From Pirellulaceae bacterium (GTDB lineage: Bacteria; Planctomycetota; Planctomycetia; Pirellulales; Pirellulaceae): DNA of 64,000 bases. Positions 28,816-38,303 of this stretch are shown piece by piece (position 1 is the stretch's first letter; every line of letters begins with the position of its first letter). The notes beneath the pieces were generated by a model. The model saw only the letters and a program-made list of their open reading frames with translations. It had not been told where the DNA came from and searched no databases. A program made the position numbers and the translations under genes. The stretch lies in contig JBGSOM010000126.1 in the NCBI GenBank assembly GCA_041739135.1, positions 486 to 64,485 of the forward strand, read 5' to 3'.

Positions 28816-29579
28816 AGTTTCGTTGTTTCCTTCGCATCCGCCTGAGGTACACGCTGCGCGATCACCACCGCACCAATCGTCGCCACGAGCAACAGCGTAC
28901 CAGCGATTTCAATTGCCAACAGGTAGCGAGTGTAAAATGCTACGCCCAGCTTAGCGACCGTAAATCGATCCTGTTCCAGAGTCGGCTCAGCCACAGTCTC
29001 AGCGTCACTTTTCGCTTCCCCCGCAGCCGAATCATTCAAAGCCAATGCGTTTGGCTCCGAACCACCAAGCGCTGCAACGGGTTCCGATTCAGCCGACTTC
29101 ACAGCCTCCGCAGCCGGTTCGCCACTCGTCGCAACAACATCGCCTGGAGTGGTACTGCTGGCAGTTGCTCCATCGGCAACTGCTGCATCGGCAATAGCAA
29201 CCACCGCCGCCTTCTTCGCCAGTTGCGTTTCCAACTTCGGAAACTCCTTCAAAGCAACCGCGATTACAGTCGCAGCAAGTGCAATCGCAACCACAGCAGC
29301 CGCAATCGGATTCTGCTTCTGCGTGTCGTAGTCAAGCAAATTCGTTTGCTGGGCGAACATCAGTACGAACATAAAGATAATGATCGTCGCACCTGCATAA
29401 ACAACGACCGTCGATGCCGCAACGAAAGCCGCGTCTTGCAACAGGTAGACACCAGCCGCTGCCAGCACCACGCACGCGAAACTGAGCGCAGCATGCACTG
29501 GATGCTTAATGAGCACAAACGATACAGCTAAAACCACTGCAATCGAACAGAATCCATATGCCAGCCACAGTTCCAACAT
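28812..29579 (-). CDS. nuoJ: NADH-quinone oxidoreductase subunit J with Ala/Glu/Ser-rich loop expansion
   Basis: N-terminal TM1-3 (VVYAGATIIIFMFVLMF) and terminal TM (LLAIEIAGTLLLVATIGAVVIA) match NuoJ. A low-complexity stretch of about 90 aa lies between them. Confidence 0.88.
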   Translation of the reverse strand: MLELWLAYGFCSIAVVLAVSFVLIKHPVHAALSFACVVLAAAGVYLLQDAAFVAASTVVVYAGATIIIFMFVLMFAQQTNLLDYDTQKQNPIAAAVVAIALAATVIAVALKEFPKLETQLAKKAAVVAIADAAVADGATASSTTPGDVVATSGEPAAEAVKSAESEPVAALGGSEPNALALNDSAAGEAKSDAETVAEPTLEQDRFTVAKLGVAFYTRYLLAIEIAGTLLLVATIGAVVIAQRVPQADAKETTKL

Positions 29580-30190
29580 TATTTGACTCCACCCTTCGCC
29601 GACGGAACGCTTGGCTTTTGATTCGCAATCATCGGCTCCGAAGCCGGTCCCAACACGCCGCGTTTCGTGCGCACCGGATCTTTCCCCTTGGCAACCGTTT
29701 CGTCGTAAACGCTCAGCAACTTCTCTTTATCAAAAATCATCTCTTCGCGAGACAGCCCAGTCAGGTCATAAATCGTCGTCAGCTCAATCGCATCGACCGG
29801 ACAAGCTTCTTCACACATGCCGCAATAAATGCATCGCAGCTCATCGATTTCAAACGACGCTGGATACTTATCGCGATCATTCCAATTCGGATCATCTTTG
29901 TCAGTGCCAGTCGCCTTGATCGTAATGCAGTGCGCCGGACAAGCGGTTTCGCATAAGAAGCAAGCAACGCACTTCACACGACCTTTGTCATCCCGATTCA
30001 GTCGATGCACGCCTCGATAATTCTGTGGGATGTCAGGTTCGACTTCAGGGTATTGCCGCGTGATCGGCTTACCACTGAGCATGTGCTTCACAGTCACCGC
30101 GACACCATCGAGAATCGCTGGAATATACAGCGCCTCAGCAATGCCAATCTTCGGCGGCTCAGCCCACTTAACTGTCTTGTCTTTAGTCAT
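29579..30190 (-). CDS. nuoI: NADH-quinone oxidoreductase subunit I (2x[4Fe-4S] ferredoxin)
   Basis: CVACFLCETACP and CIYCGMCEEACP motifs. Position between nuoH and nuoJ. Confidence 0.92.
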   Translation of the reverse strand: MTKDKTVKWAEPPKIGIAEALYIPAILDGVAVTVKHMLSGKPITRQYPEVEPDIPQNYRGVHRLNRDDKGRVKCVACFLCETACPAHCITIKATGTDKDDPNWNDRDKYPASFEIDELRCIYCGMCEEACPVDAIELTTIYDLTGLSREEMIFDKEKLLSVYDETVAKGKDPVRTKRGVLGPASEPMIANQKPSVPSAKGGVK

Positions 30191-30226
30191 CGTTATTCTT
30201 ACCTGAAAGCTCTCTCAGTGTGCAAT

Positions 30227-31408
30227 TCAGTTAGCTGCAGTCGGGACAGTCGTCGATGTTCGCAGTGCTCCGCGCCGAGACACAACGTCGGTTGTTGTGC
30301 GCGCGGTCCACCAACCTGCCAGCAACAACAGCCCTAACGAGTACGGAACCAACCACCATTTCGACAACTCAAAGGACATTACAGTTACAACGCCCATGAA
30401 ATTCATTAGCGCCAGCGGAATCATTCCACTCCACGCCAAGCCCATCAGTTGGTCAAATCGAAAACGGGGCAGCGTCCAGCGCAATTGAATAATGACCGCC
30501 GTCACCAAAGCAACTTTCAACACCAACACCAACCATCTCAGTAGATACCCGATCACCGTCGCATCAATCGGCCCAGTCAAACCTGGGAAATTCCATCCGC
30601 CCAAGAACAGCAGCGCCGTCAAAAAACTAACTGTTGTCAAGTGCGTATACTCAGCCAAGAAGAACAGCGAAAACTTGATTCCGCCGTACTCTGTATGAAA
30701 ACCGCCAACCAACTCTTGCTCGCACTCCGGCAAATCGAACGGCAAACGATTCGTCTCAGCCAACGCAGCGGTGAAGAACATCAGCGCCGCCAACGGTTGC
30801 CACCAAATATTCCAACCCAGAATTCCTTCGCCTTGCGCTGCAACCATTTGTTCAATGTTCAAGCTACCGGAAATCATAATGACGCCCAGCAACGACAACC
30901 CAAGCGGAATTTCATAACTGATAAATTGAGCGCAACTTCGGAGCGCGCCGAACATGCTGTACTTGTTATTAGATGCCCAACCGCCAAGCACGATGCCATA
31001 CGCTGACAAACTCGAAACCGCCAGCAAAAACAGTAACCCGATATCAACATTGGGAGCGATAATCGCCCGAAAACCGCTGGTTGAATTCGGGACCGTCGGT
31101 CCGAAAGGCACCACCGCCGCACCGAGCATGGCGCAAATCAAACCGAGAATCGGGGCAACGAAGTACACCGACTTGAAGACGTGGTTCGGAACCACCTGCT
31201 CTTTCAAGAAAATCTTGATCGCATCAGCAACCGCTTGCAACAATCCCAGCGGACCAACACGGTTCGGACCGATCCGATCCTGAATGTAAGCCGCCGCTTT
31301 GCGCTCGATGAACGTCATGTACAGTCCGAGCCCAGGAATCACAGCCATCACGATGCCTATCGCAACGGCCAGCGGCCAAATTTCGTCCCAGCTAAATTGC
31401 GCAAGCAT
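30227..31408 (-). CDS. nuoH: NADH-quinone oxidoreductase subunit H
   Basis: ERKAAAYIQDRIGPNRVGPLGLLQAVADAIKIFLKE hallmark. Polytopic membrane protein. Confidence 0.93.
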   Translation of the reverse strand: MLAQFSWDEIWPLAVAIGIVMAVIPGLGLYMTFIERKAAAYIQDRIGPNRVGPLGLLQAVADAIKIFLKEQVVPNHVFKSVYFVAPILGLICAMLGAAVVPFGPTVPNSTSGFRAIIAPNVDIGLLFLLAVSSLSAYGIVLGGWASNNKYSMFGALRSCAQFISYEIPLGLSLLGVIMISGSLNIEQMVAAQGEGILGWNIWWQPLAALMFFTAALAETNRLPFDLPECEQELVGGFHTEYGGIKFSLFFLAEYTHLTTVSFLTALLFLGGWNFPGLTGPIDATVIGYLLRWLVLVLKVALVTAVIIQLRWTLPRFRFDQLMGLAWSGMIPLALMNFMGVVTVMSFELSKWWLVPYSLGLLLLAGWWTARTTTDVVSRRGALRTSTTVPTAAN

Positions 31409-31410
31409 AG

Positions 31411-33237
31411 TTATGCACGCTTCCCTTCAACAATATTGAACAGCTGGATTCCCAATGCACCAATCTCGCCATCGAAAGCCGCAAACGCCGGGATCTCTTT
31501 AGCCATCTCTTTACGAATTGCCGGCGCGCTGTACAAACCTTGTCGCTGCGCCAAATCAAATAACAGACGTCCATCAGGACGAACATCAGTCGCTCCACGA
31601 ATCACTGGGTGAACCTCTTGAGCCAACCCAGCATGATTCACAACCGTGCCATGTCGTTCTGCAAAAGTCGCTGAGGCTAACACGATCGTCGCCATATCGG
31701 TCAGCGGAGAACTCAAAAAGTCTTGCACAATCAAAGTCGAAAGCGCATCAAACATCGACAACTTAGATTCGTCGATCCAAGTCCCTTGATAGCCACCCAC
31801 AAGGTACAGCCCGTCGATCCGTTTCGCGCTCAACCTGCCTGCCAACTCGTCAAAGCCAATCACTTCTCCTTGGAAGTGCTCTAGCACCGCTTCAACGCCC
31901 AGCCGATTCGGGCACTTCTCAGCGCGAATCGTAAACTTGACTTTGCCCTCCGCAGGCGGTTCACCTTTCGGACCTTTGGGATACTGATCATCTTCACCAA
32001 CGATCGGTACAGGCCCCAGCGCCAACGTAACTTTCTTGCTAATCGATTTAATGTACTTGGCTAACAGATATGCTTCTTCGCAGAACATCATCGGCGAGAG
32101 CACCACCGCGAAACGGTCCGCACCTGCATCGACAGCCGACTTAATCGCTTGACGAGTTTCACTCAACACCTGAGGCCATGGATCGACCTTCGCAAACTCG
32201 TTGACAGCACCGGGATCATGGATATGTCGTCGACCTGACGAACTGCCCGAACCAACGCGACCATGGCCAATTTCACTGGCGCTCACATGACCGTTTTCAA
32301 ACTGACCATTTCCCACATGAGCGTCTGCACTCGACAACTCAGCATGCTGGCCGACAGCAGCCAGTGCTTTGCCGATGCGAGGAGCCGTCAACCGCGCCTC
32401 GCTCTGAATATACTTCCAACCGAATCGACCTTCATCGCACATGAAGGAACCTTGCGCTTGCGGATTTTCGCGAGGTCGCAGGCGATAAAGTCGGTTGTCT
32501 TCTTGATCTACATGAATGCTGCATCCCGTGCTGCAATCTTGGCAAACGCTGTCTTGCGTCTTCAGCCACCAAACGCGTTTCTTATACAAGAAATCCTTAC
32601 TACACAGCGCGCCGACCGGGCACAGGTCGACCACATTTCCGGCTAGTTTGTTGTTACACGGTTCGCCCGGAAAAATATCGATCTCTTCTACGCTGCCACG
32701 ATTGGTGACCTGCAACTCAGCCGTACCGCTGATCTCTCGAGTGAAACGTACACAACGCGTACACATCACACAGCGATCAGTAAACAAAGCGATCTGTTCA
32801 CCAATGTGATACTTGTCGACGCGCTGCACCTTCGGCTCATTCAGTCGACTTTCGGCATTGCCAAACTTGTAAGTGTAATCTTGCAAGTAGCATTCGCCCG
32901 CTTGGTCACAGATCGAACAATCGAGCGGATGATTCAGCAACAGAAACTCGAGCGTCTGCGCCTGCGCCTTCTTCACCTTCTCAGAGTTGGTAAGAACAAC
33001 AGTGTTCGGCTTTGCAGGTGTTTGGCAAGCTGGAACCAGCTTGGGGATCATCGCTATCGTGCCGTCAGGCTTCTTCTCGCCGACTTCGACCAAACACATC
33101 CGGCAACTAGCTACAACACTCAGGTCATGGTGCCAACAGTAATGTGGAATCTCGACTCCAGCGCGTTCGGCAGCCTGAACCAAATTCTCCTTTGGCCCAA
33201 CTTCGATCTCGATGTCATTGATAAAAACTGTTGACAC
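31411..33237 (-). CDS. nuoG: NADH-quinone oxidoreductase subunit G (short form)
   Basis: GTG start. N-terminal 2Fe-2S (CRMCLVEV) and HPLDCSICDQAGEC, CVMCTRCVRF, CPVGAL Fe-S motifs. The C-terminal molybdopterin-like domain is reduced, giving 608 aa in total. Confidence 0.9.
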   Translation of the reverse strand: MSTVFINDIEIEVGPKENLVQAAERAGVEIPHYCWHHDLSVVASCRMCLVEVGEKKPDGTIAMIPKLVPACQTPAKPNTVVLTNSEKVKKAQAQTLEFLLLNHPLDCSICDQAGECYLQDYTYKFGNAESRLNEPKVQRVDKYHIGEQIALFTDRCVMCTRCVRFTREISGTAELQVTNRGSVEEIDIFPGEPCNNKLAGNVVDLCPVGALCSKDFLYKKRVWWLKTQDSVCQDCSTGCSIHVDQEDNRLYRLRPRENPQAQGSFMCDEGRFGWKYIQSEARLTAPRIGKALAAVGQHAELSSADAHVGNGQFENGHVSASEIGHGRVGSGSSSGRRHIHDPGAVNEFAKVDPWPQVLSETRQAIKSAVDAGADRFAVVLSPMMFCEEAYLLAKYIKSISKKVTLALGPVPIVGEDDQYPKGPKGEPPAEGKVKFTIRAEKCPNRLGVEAVLEHFQGEVIGFDELAGRLSAKRIDGLYLVGGYQGTWIDESKLSMFDALSTLIVQDFLSSPLTDMATIVLASATFAERHGTVVNHAGLAQEVHPVIRGATDVRPDGRLLFDLAQRQGLYSAPAIRKEMAKEIPAFAAFDGEIGALGIQLFNIVEGKRA

Positions 33238-33258
33238 GTGGCTACGCTCCGCAATGGC

Positions 33259-34578
33259 TTAATGACTTCCAACAACCTCGAACGATTGGCTGCGCCGTCC
33301 GCTGGTGATGTACTCTTCGAATTCCGGTCTGAATTTTTTCAACGCGTTCTTGATCGGCCACGCAGCCCCGTCAGCCAAACCACAGATCGTTGTACCGGGC
33401 ATGATGCCGATCGAATTGGAAATGTCGGTCAGGGTATCGAGGTCTTTCAAAGTACCTTGCCCGGCTCGGATGCGAGCCAGAATCTTCGCGGACCAAGCGG
33501 TTCCCTCGCGGCACGGAGTACACTGACCACACGATTCATGCGCGAAGAATCGACAAGTGTTGTACAGCACGTCGACCATACTGGTCTGATCATCGATCAC
33601 AATCACCGCAGCAGTGCCTAGCCCCAAGCAACCCGCTTTTCCAGGGCCTGCGAAATCGAGTTTCGTGTCGAGTTCATCTGCTGACAAGAAACCCATACTG
33701 ATGCCGCCCGGAACGACCGCCTTCGCTTTGCGACCTTTCCAAACTCCGCCCGCATGCTTGTCGATCAACTCACGCGCCGTAACACCAAGCGGCAACTCGA
33801 CCAATCCTGGATTGTTCACATGGCCACTGATGCAATACAACTTTGGCCCGTAACTGCCCGGATCCTTGGGATGCTCCGAAGCGATTCCAATCGACTGGAA
33901 CCACTCAGGACCGCGGTCGAGAATCTGAGTTACACAAGCCATCGTTTCGATGTTGTTTACAACCGTTGGACGGCGGAACGCGCCTTCGATCGCAGGAAAC
34001 GGCGGCTTGATCCGCGGCCAAGCTCGTTTGCCTTCGAGACTTTCAATCAGGCCCGTTTCTTCACCACAAATGTAGGCGCACGCACCGCGATGAAGGTAGA
34101 TATCCAGGCTGTAATCGGAACCCAAAATATTCTTGCCAAGCAGATTGTTGGCATACATCTCTTCGATCGCTTTTTCGCAAGTTCGATAACAATCACCATA
34201 CTCGTATCGAAGATACAAATAAGCAGTTGTTGACTTCGTTGCGTAACCGGAAATGACGATCCCTTCAAGAACTTGATGCGGATCGTCTTCCAACAATACG
34301 CGATTGTTGAAAGTGCCTGGTTCGCTCTCGTCACCATTGATGCACAAGTAGATTGGACCTTGCACATCCTTGGGTAGAAACGTCCACTTTAAACCAGTGC
34401 TAAAGCCCGCGCCGCCGCGACCTCGCAAACCCGATTTCTGGACCGCTTCAATAACTTTGGGCGCTTCCATCGCCAAAGCTTTTTTCAGAGCCGTGTAACC
34501 GCCGTCAGCGCGATAAGACTCAAGCGACTGACTGTTCGGCTTACCTCTGCGACGCAACAAAACCGGTTCGAAACTCAT
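33259..34578 (-). CDS. nuoF: NADH-quinone oxidoreductase subunit F
   Basis: GLRGRGGAGFSTGLKW (FMN/NADH site) and ESCGQCTPCREG (4Fe-4S). ATGA-type overlap with the nuoE stop. Confidence 0.95.
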   Translation of the reverse strand: MSFEPVLLRRRGKPNSQSLESYRADGGYTALKKALAMEAPKVIEAVQKSGLRGRGGAGFSTGLKWTFLPKDVQGPIYLCINGDESEPGTFNNRVLLEDDPHQVLEGIVISGYATKSTTAYLYLRYEYGDCYRTCEKAIEEMYANNLLGKNILGSDYSLDIYLHRGACAYICGEETGLIESLEGKRAWPRIKPPFPAIEGAFRRPTVVNNIETMACVTQILDRGPEWFQSIGIASEHPKDPGSYGPKLYCISGHVNNPGLVELPLGVTARELIDKHAGGVWKGRKAKAVVPGGISMGFLSADELDTKLDFAGPGKAGCLGLGTAAVIVIDDQTSMVDVLYNTCRFFAHESCGQCTPCREGTAWSAKILARIRAGQGTLKDLDTLTDISNSIGIMPGTTICGLADGAAWPIKNALKKFRPEFEEYITSGRRSQSFEVVGSH

Positions 34579-35051
34579 GCTCGACCCTCCGCCAGTGAAA
34601 CCACCGCGTCGGCAGTCATGCGCAATTGCAATTTGTCATTAACCAAAATACAAGGCGCTCCGTCGCACGCTCCCAAACACTCAGCCAGTTCGATCGTCGC
34701 TTTGCCATCCGCCGTTGTCTGACCAGGCGCAACATGCAGCCGCTCACAAACCTCTGCCAGCAATTCGTCGCCGCCGCGCAACATGCACGCCAACGAACGA
34801 CAAACCCAAATGCGATTGTCACCCAACGGATGTTTCTCGTCTTTGAAGAATCCATAAAACGACAACGTGTCATGGATCTGCGAGGGTGCCAACTCGAGAA
34901 GGTCAGCGATATCGTGCACCGCTTGACGCGACACACAACGAGCCTCCTCTTGCGCGATGTGCAGCGCTGGCAATGTCAGCGCTTGTTTGCTCGGATAGCG
35001 CGGCAACAAATCACGTATCTTTTGTTTAGCTTCTTCAGATAATCCGCTCAT
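34575..35051 (-). CDS. nuoE: NADH-quinone oxidoreductase subunit E
   Basis: 158 aa. VCRSLACMLRG and ECLGACDGAPC 2Fe-2S ligand motifs. Confidence 0.92.
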   Translation of the reverse strand: MSGLSEEAKQKIRDLLPRYPSKQALTLPALHIAQEEARCVSRQAVHDIADLLELAPSQIHDTLSFYGFFKDEKHPLGDNRIWVCRSLACMLRGGDELLAEVCERLHVAPGQTTADGKATIELAECLGACDGAPCILVNDKLQLRMTADAVVSLAEGRA

Positions 35052-36271
35052 CGGTCCAGCTCTGCAGCGATGATGTTCAAACTCCCCAACACAGCCACGA
35101 TGTCACTCAATAAGCAACCGCGAATTAACTGTGGAAACAACGCAAAGTGTACAAGCGACGGACTTCGCGTGTGAGCTCGATAAGCTCGCAGCGTTCCGTC
35201 GGAGACAATATAAAATCCCAACTCTCCGTTCGGCGATTCAGTGCTCGCGTATAGACTCTCGCGCGGCGGCTGCATCTGCCGATTCGGCATGATCGCTTCG
35301 AAGTGATGAATCAAGCCCTCGATGCTCGTGTAGACCTCACGCTTGTCTGGCAAAGCCTCTTTGCCACTTCCTTCAGCGAAGATCGGTCCCTTGGGCATTC
35401 GCTCCAGACACTGCTCGATGATCTTCAAACTTTCGACGATCTCCAGCATCCGAACTTGGAACCGCGCAAAGCAATCACCACCGGTTGCGCACACTATATC
35501 AAAATCAAGGTCGTTGTAAGCCAGGTAGGGCTCGTCGCGGCGTAAATCACGCGGAACTCCACTCGCCCTGGCCACCGGACCTGTCGCTCCACCACTGATC
35601 GCATCTTCCCGCGTTAACACCCCAACGCCTTGTGTCCGCTCGATGAAGATTCGATTCTTCATCACCATGCGATTGAGGTCCTTCAGCGTCGACGGGAACG
35701 TCTTGGCAAAGTCCTTGACCATCGCCAACCATTCGTCGGAAACGTCATACAGCAATCCGCCCACACGCGTAAAGCTGGTATGGAATCGTTGACCCGAAGC
35801 GCGTTCACAGATGTCGAAAATTCGCTCGCGCTCGTTCAAGCAATAGAACATGGACGTCACGCCGCCCAGATCCAAAATACATGCACCCACACACAGCAAG
35901 TGATCATGAATTCGCATCAGCTCGGCCAACATCGTGCGCAAGTAACTGCAACGCGGAGTCAGTTCGATGCCCAACAGTTTTTCGCACGCGTGATGCCAAG
36001 CGATCTCGTTGGCCAGCGGCGATATGTAGTTCATACGATCCACGATCGTAACGTACTGATTGAAGTCCAACACTTCGCCCAGTTTCTCGAAGCCACTATG
36101 CAAGTAGCCGATGTCGGGGACGGCGTCGATGATCATTTCGCCATCCAACTCCAACACCAATCGCAACGTCGTATGCGTCGCCGGATGCTGAGGCCCGAAG
36201 TTCAGCGTCCACAACCCTTCGCGCTTGGCAAACTCGGTATCCGACTCAGGATCCAATAAGTTCAAAGGCAT
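35048..36271 (-). CDS. nuoD: NADH-quinone oxidoreductase subunit D
   Basis: LNFGPQHPATHTTLRLVLELDGE near the N-terminus and DIVAVLGSLNIIAAELDR at the C-terminus. Confidence 0.95.
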   Translation of the reverse strand: MPLNLLDPESDTEFAKREGLWTLNFGPQHPATHTTLRLVLELDGEMIIDAVPDIGYLHSGFEKLGEVLDFNQYVTIVDRMNYISPLANEIAWHHACEKLLGIELTPRCSYLRTMLAELMRIHDHLLCVGACILDLGGVTSMFYCLNERERIFDICERASGQRFHTSFTRVGGLLYDVSDEWLAMVKDFAKTFPSTLKDLNRMVMKNRIFIERTQGVGVLTREDAISGGATGPVARASGVPRDLRRDEPYLAYNDLDFDIVCATGGDCFARFQVRMLEIVESLKIIEQCLERMPKGPIFAEGSGKEALPDKREVYTSIEGLIHHFEAIMPNRQMQPPRESLYASTESPNGELGFYIVSDGTLRAYRAHTRSPSLVHFALFPQLIRGCLLSDIVAVLGSLNIIAAELDR

Positions 36272-36273
36272 GA

Positions 36274-36771
36274 TTAACTTTCCGCTCGCGTAATAACTGG
36301 AAAATTATGGCGCTCGCCACGACCACGAACCGGATAATCTTTTCGCAACGGAAACGACTGAAACTCTTCTGGCAAAAGCAATCGCTTTGGATTCGGGTGA
36401 CCATCGAAAACAATGCCGAACATATCGTACGTCTCTCGCTCCAACCAATCCGCAGACTTCCAAAGCGAATACATCGATGGCAATCGCGGCTCGGGATCGT
36501 TTACATGCACTCGCACTTCCAAACGCTTGCCAGTCGTCGTGTTAATCAACTGATAAACCACCCGATATCGATCTTCGCCGCCGTACTCCAATAAGTCCGA
36601 CGCTGTCACATCTGACAACATGTCGAAACCGGCTTCGTCGCGCAACTGCGTCATCGCTTTCAGGAACATCCCAGCAGGCACAGTCACCTGCGATTGCTGC
36701 CGAAACTCATGACAGGCAACTCCCCAAGCAGCGAAGAGGTCATCCAAATTGCGCGATGTATTAGCAGTCAA
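36274..36771 (-). CDS. nuoC: NADH-quinone oxidoreductase subunit C
   Basis: 165 aa with a TTG start. WLERETYDMFGIVFDGHPNPKRLLLPE hallmark. Confidence 0.9.
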   Translation of the reverse strand: MTANTSRNLDDLFAAWGVACHEFRQQSQVTVPAGMFLKAMTQLRDEAGFDMLSDVTASDLLEYGGEDRYRVVYQLINTTTGKRLEVRVHVNDPEPRLPSMYSLWKSADWLERETYDMFGIVFDGHPNPKRLLLPEEFQSFPLRKDYPVRGRGERHNFPVITRAES

Positions 36772-36944
36772 GAATCAACTCCCCAATGCCGAACCCCGAT
36801 TGCATAAGCCCTGATAAGACTCCGCAATTTCCAATGCAAACACTTCAGTCCATAACCCGCTGACACCGGCCGCGACCTACCACGCCTCGGCGAACTCAAC
36901 CAAGCATCTCGATCCAAAATCTCGAGTCGGTACAACCAAGCGAT

Positions 36945-36986
36945 TCGGCCATCAATTACTTCGAACTCTCGGCCATTAATGACTTC
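36945..36986 (-). repeat. Imperfect 24-nt-period tandem duplication inside the nuoB-nuoC spacer
   Basis: On the plus strand, TCGGCCATCAATTACTTC (36945-36962) and TCGGCCATTAATGACTTC (36969-36986) are 16/18 identical. On the transcribed strand they encode EFEVINGR/EFEVIDGR in the open frame. Confidence 0.8.
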
Positions 36987-37003
36987 AAACTCAGTGCTAC
37001 AAC

Positions 37004-37606
37004 TCAGTGCTTCGGCGAATAAGTCATCTCTTTCGTCTCCAGCGGAACCGAATTCGAAATGCGATAAACTTCATCGCCATCGAATCTCGCCGGCCCAGTT
37101 GGAACGGATCTCGCCGCGAATTCACTAGCCCACACAGTCCCCGTTTTCTTGATCTGCTCTTGCATGTCCAAAATGGCTTTGATCACTTGCTCAGGTCGCG
37201 GTGGACATCCCGGAATGTAAACATCAACCGGAATGAAACGATCCACACCTTGCACAACGGCGTACGTGTCAAACACACCGCCCGTACAAGCACACGCACC
37301 CATCGAAATGCACCACTTAGGCTCAGGCATCTGCAACCAAATGCGTTGCAATACCGGCAACATCTTCATCACCACACGACCCGCCACTATCATCAAATCG
37401 CATTGCCGTGGCGTAAATCGCATCACCTCGCTGCCAAAGCGCGACAAGTCATGCTTGCTCGCCGCGGTGCTCATCAACTCAATTCCGCAGCAAGCTGTCG
37501 CGAACGGCATCGGCCACAAACTATTCGCCCGAGCCCAGTTAGCGGCTGCGTCAAGCTGCGTAAAAAAGAAACCATCTTTGGTCGGATTTACCGCTGGTCC
37601 CGCCAT
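37004..37606 (-). CDS. nuoB: NADH-quinone oxidoreductase subunit B
   Basis: [20 protein letters not shown] and IPGCPPRPE Fe-S (N2) ligand motifs. Confidence 0.95.
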   Translation of the reverse strand: MAGPAVNPTKDGFFFTQLDAAANWARANSLWPMPFATACCGIELMSTAASKHDLSRFGSEVMRFTPRQCDLMIVAGRVVMKMLPVLQRIWLQMPEPKWCISMGACACTGGVFDTYAVVQGVDRFIPVDVYIPGCPPRPEQVIKAILDMQEQIKKTGTVWASEFAARSVPTGPARFDGDEVYRISNSVPLETKEMTYSPKH

Positions 37607-38043
37607 CCAAAAATCCCCTTCTTACGCGCATAAATGTAAGCCAGCCCAACGGTTGCAAACAACAGCATCAGAATGCCAAAAACCACCGGACGATATTCCC
37701 GCCCAAGACCGTCTTGCGCGTTGAAAGCGACGGCATAGGGATAAATTAACAATAGCTCTACGTCAAACACCAAGAACAGGATCGCAATTAAATAGAATCG
37801 CACATCCAAGGGCCGACGAGCATCCCCAGTCGGATCCATACCCGACTCATAAGGCATGTCTTTGATAGCATTACGCTTGCGCGGCGCGACGACATGGGGG
37901 GCGACCAAGCTGAACGCAGCAAAGCCAAGAATCGCAAGCAGGTAAATGAAAATTGGTAGAAATTCGGACAAGGTTTTTGCTCTCGTTTTTATAGTTCCTA
38001 AATGTACGAGAGTTATAGCTACTGCCGCAATGGCCTTGCGCAA
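37588..38043 (-). CDS. nuoA: NADH-quinone oxidoreductase subunit A (start uncertain)
   Basis: [42 protein letters not shown] hallmark. The only in-frame starts are TTG at 38043 (151 aa) and TTG at 37971 (127 aa, closer to the usual NuoA length). Confidence 0.85.
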   Translation of the reverse strand: MRKAIAAVAITLVHLGTIKTRAKTLSEFLPIFIYLLAILGFAAFSLVAPHVVAPRKRNAIKDMPYESGMDPTGDARRPLDVRFYLIAILFLVFDVELLLIYPYAVAFNAQDGLGREYRPVVFGILMLLFATVGLAYIYARKKGIFGWRDQR

Positions 38044-38303
38044 AACCTCACAAAGTCACCATTAACGCAACTGCCACTTGCGCAAGATTAAGTTCCCTAA
38101 TACGCATGCAAGGTACGTTGATCCGTCGTTCTCGTCGCAGAAAAAGTTTGATCGCATTTATTGCGAGCCGATTGCTGGCCATCCATCCACCCGACTTCGA
38201 ATTTCTAGCGCCATCGCGAACAGAATCTGCACGCCGCTCGCTGGACAGCTACAATTGCAAGATCTGCCACACCAGCTTTAACCCCATCTCGGGTCGATTC
38301 ATT

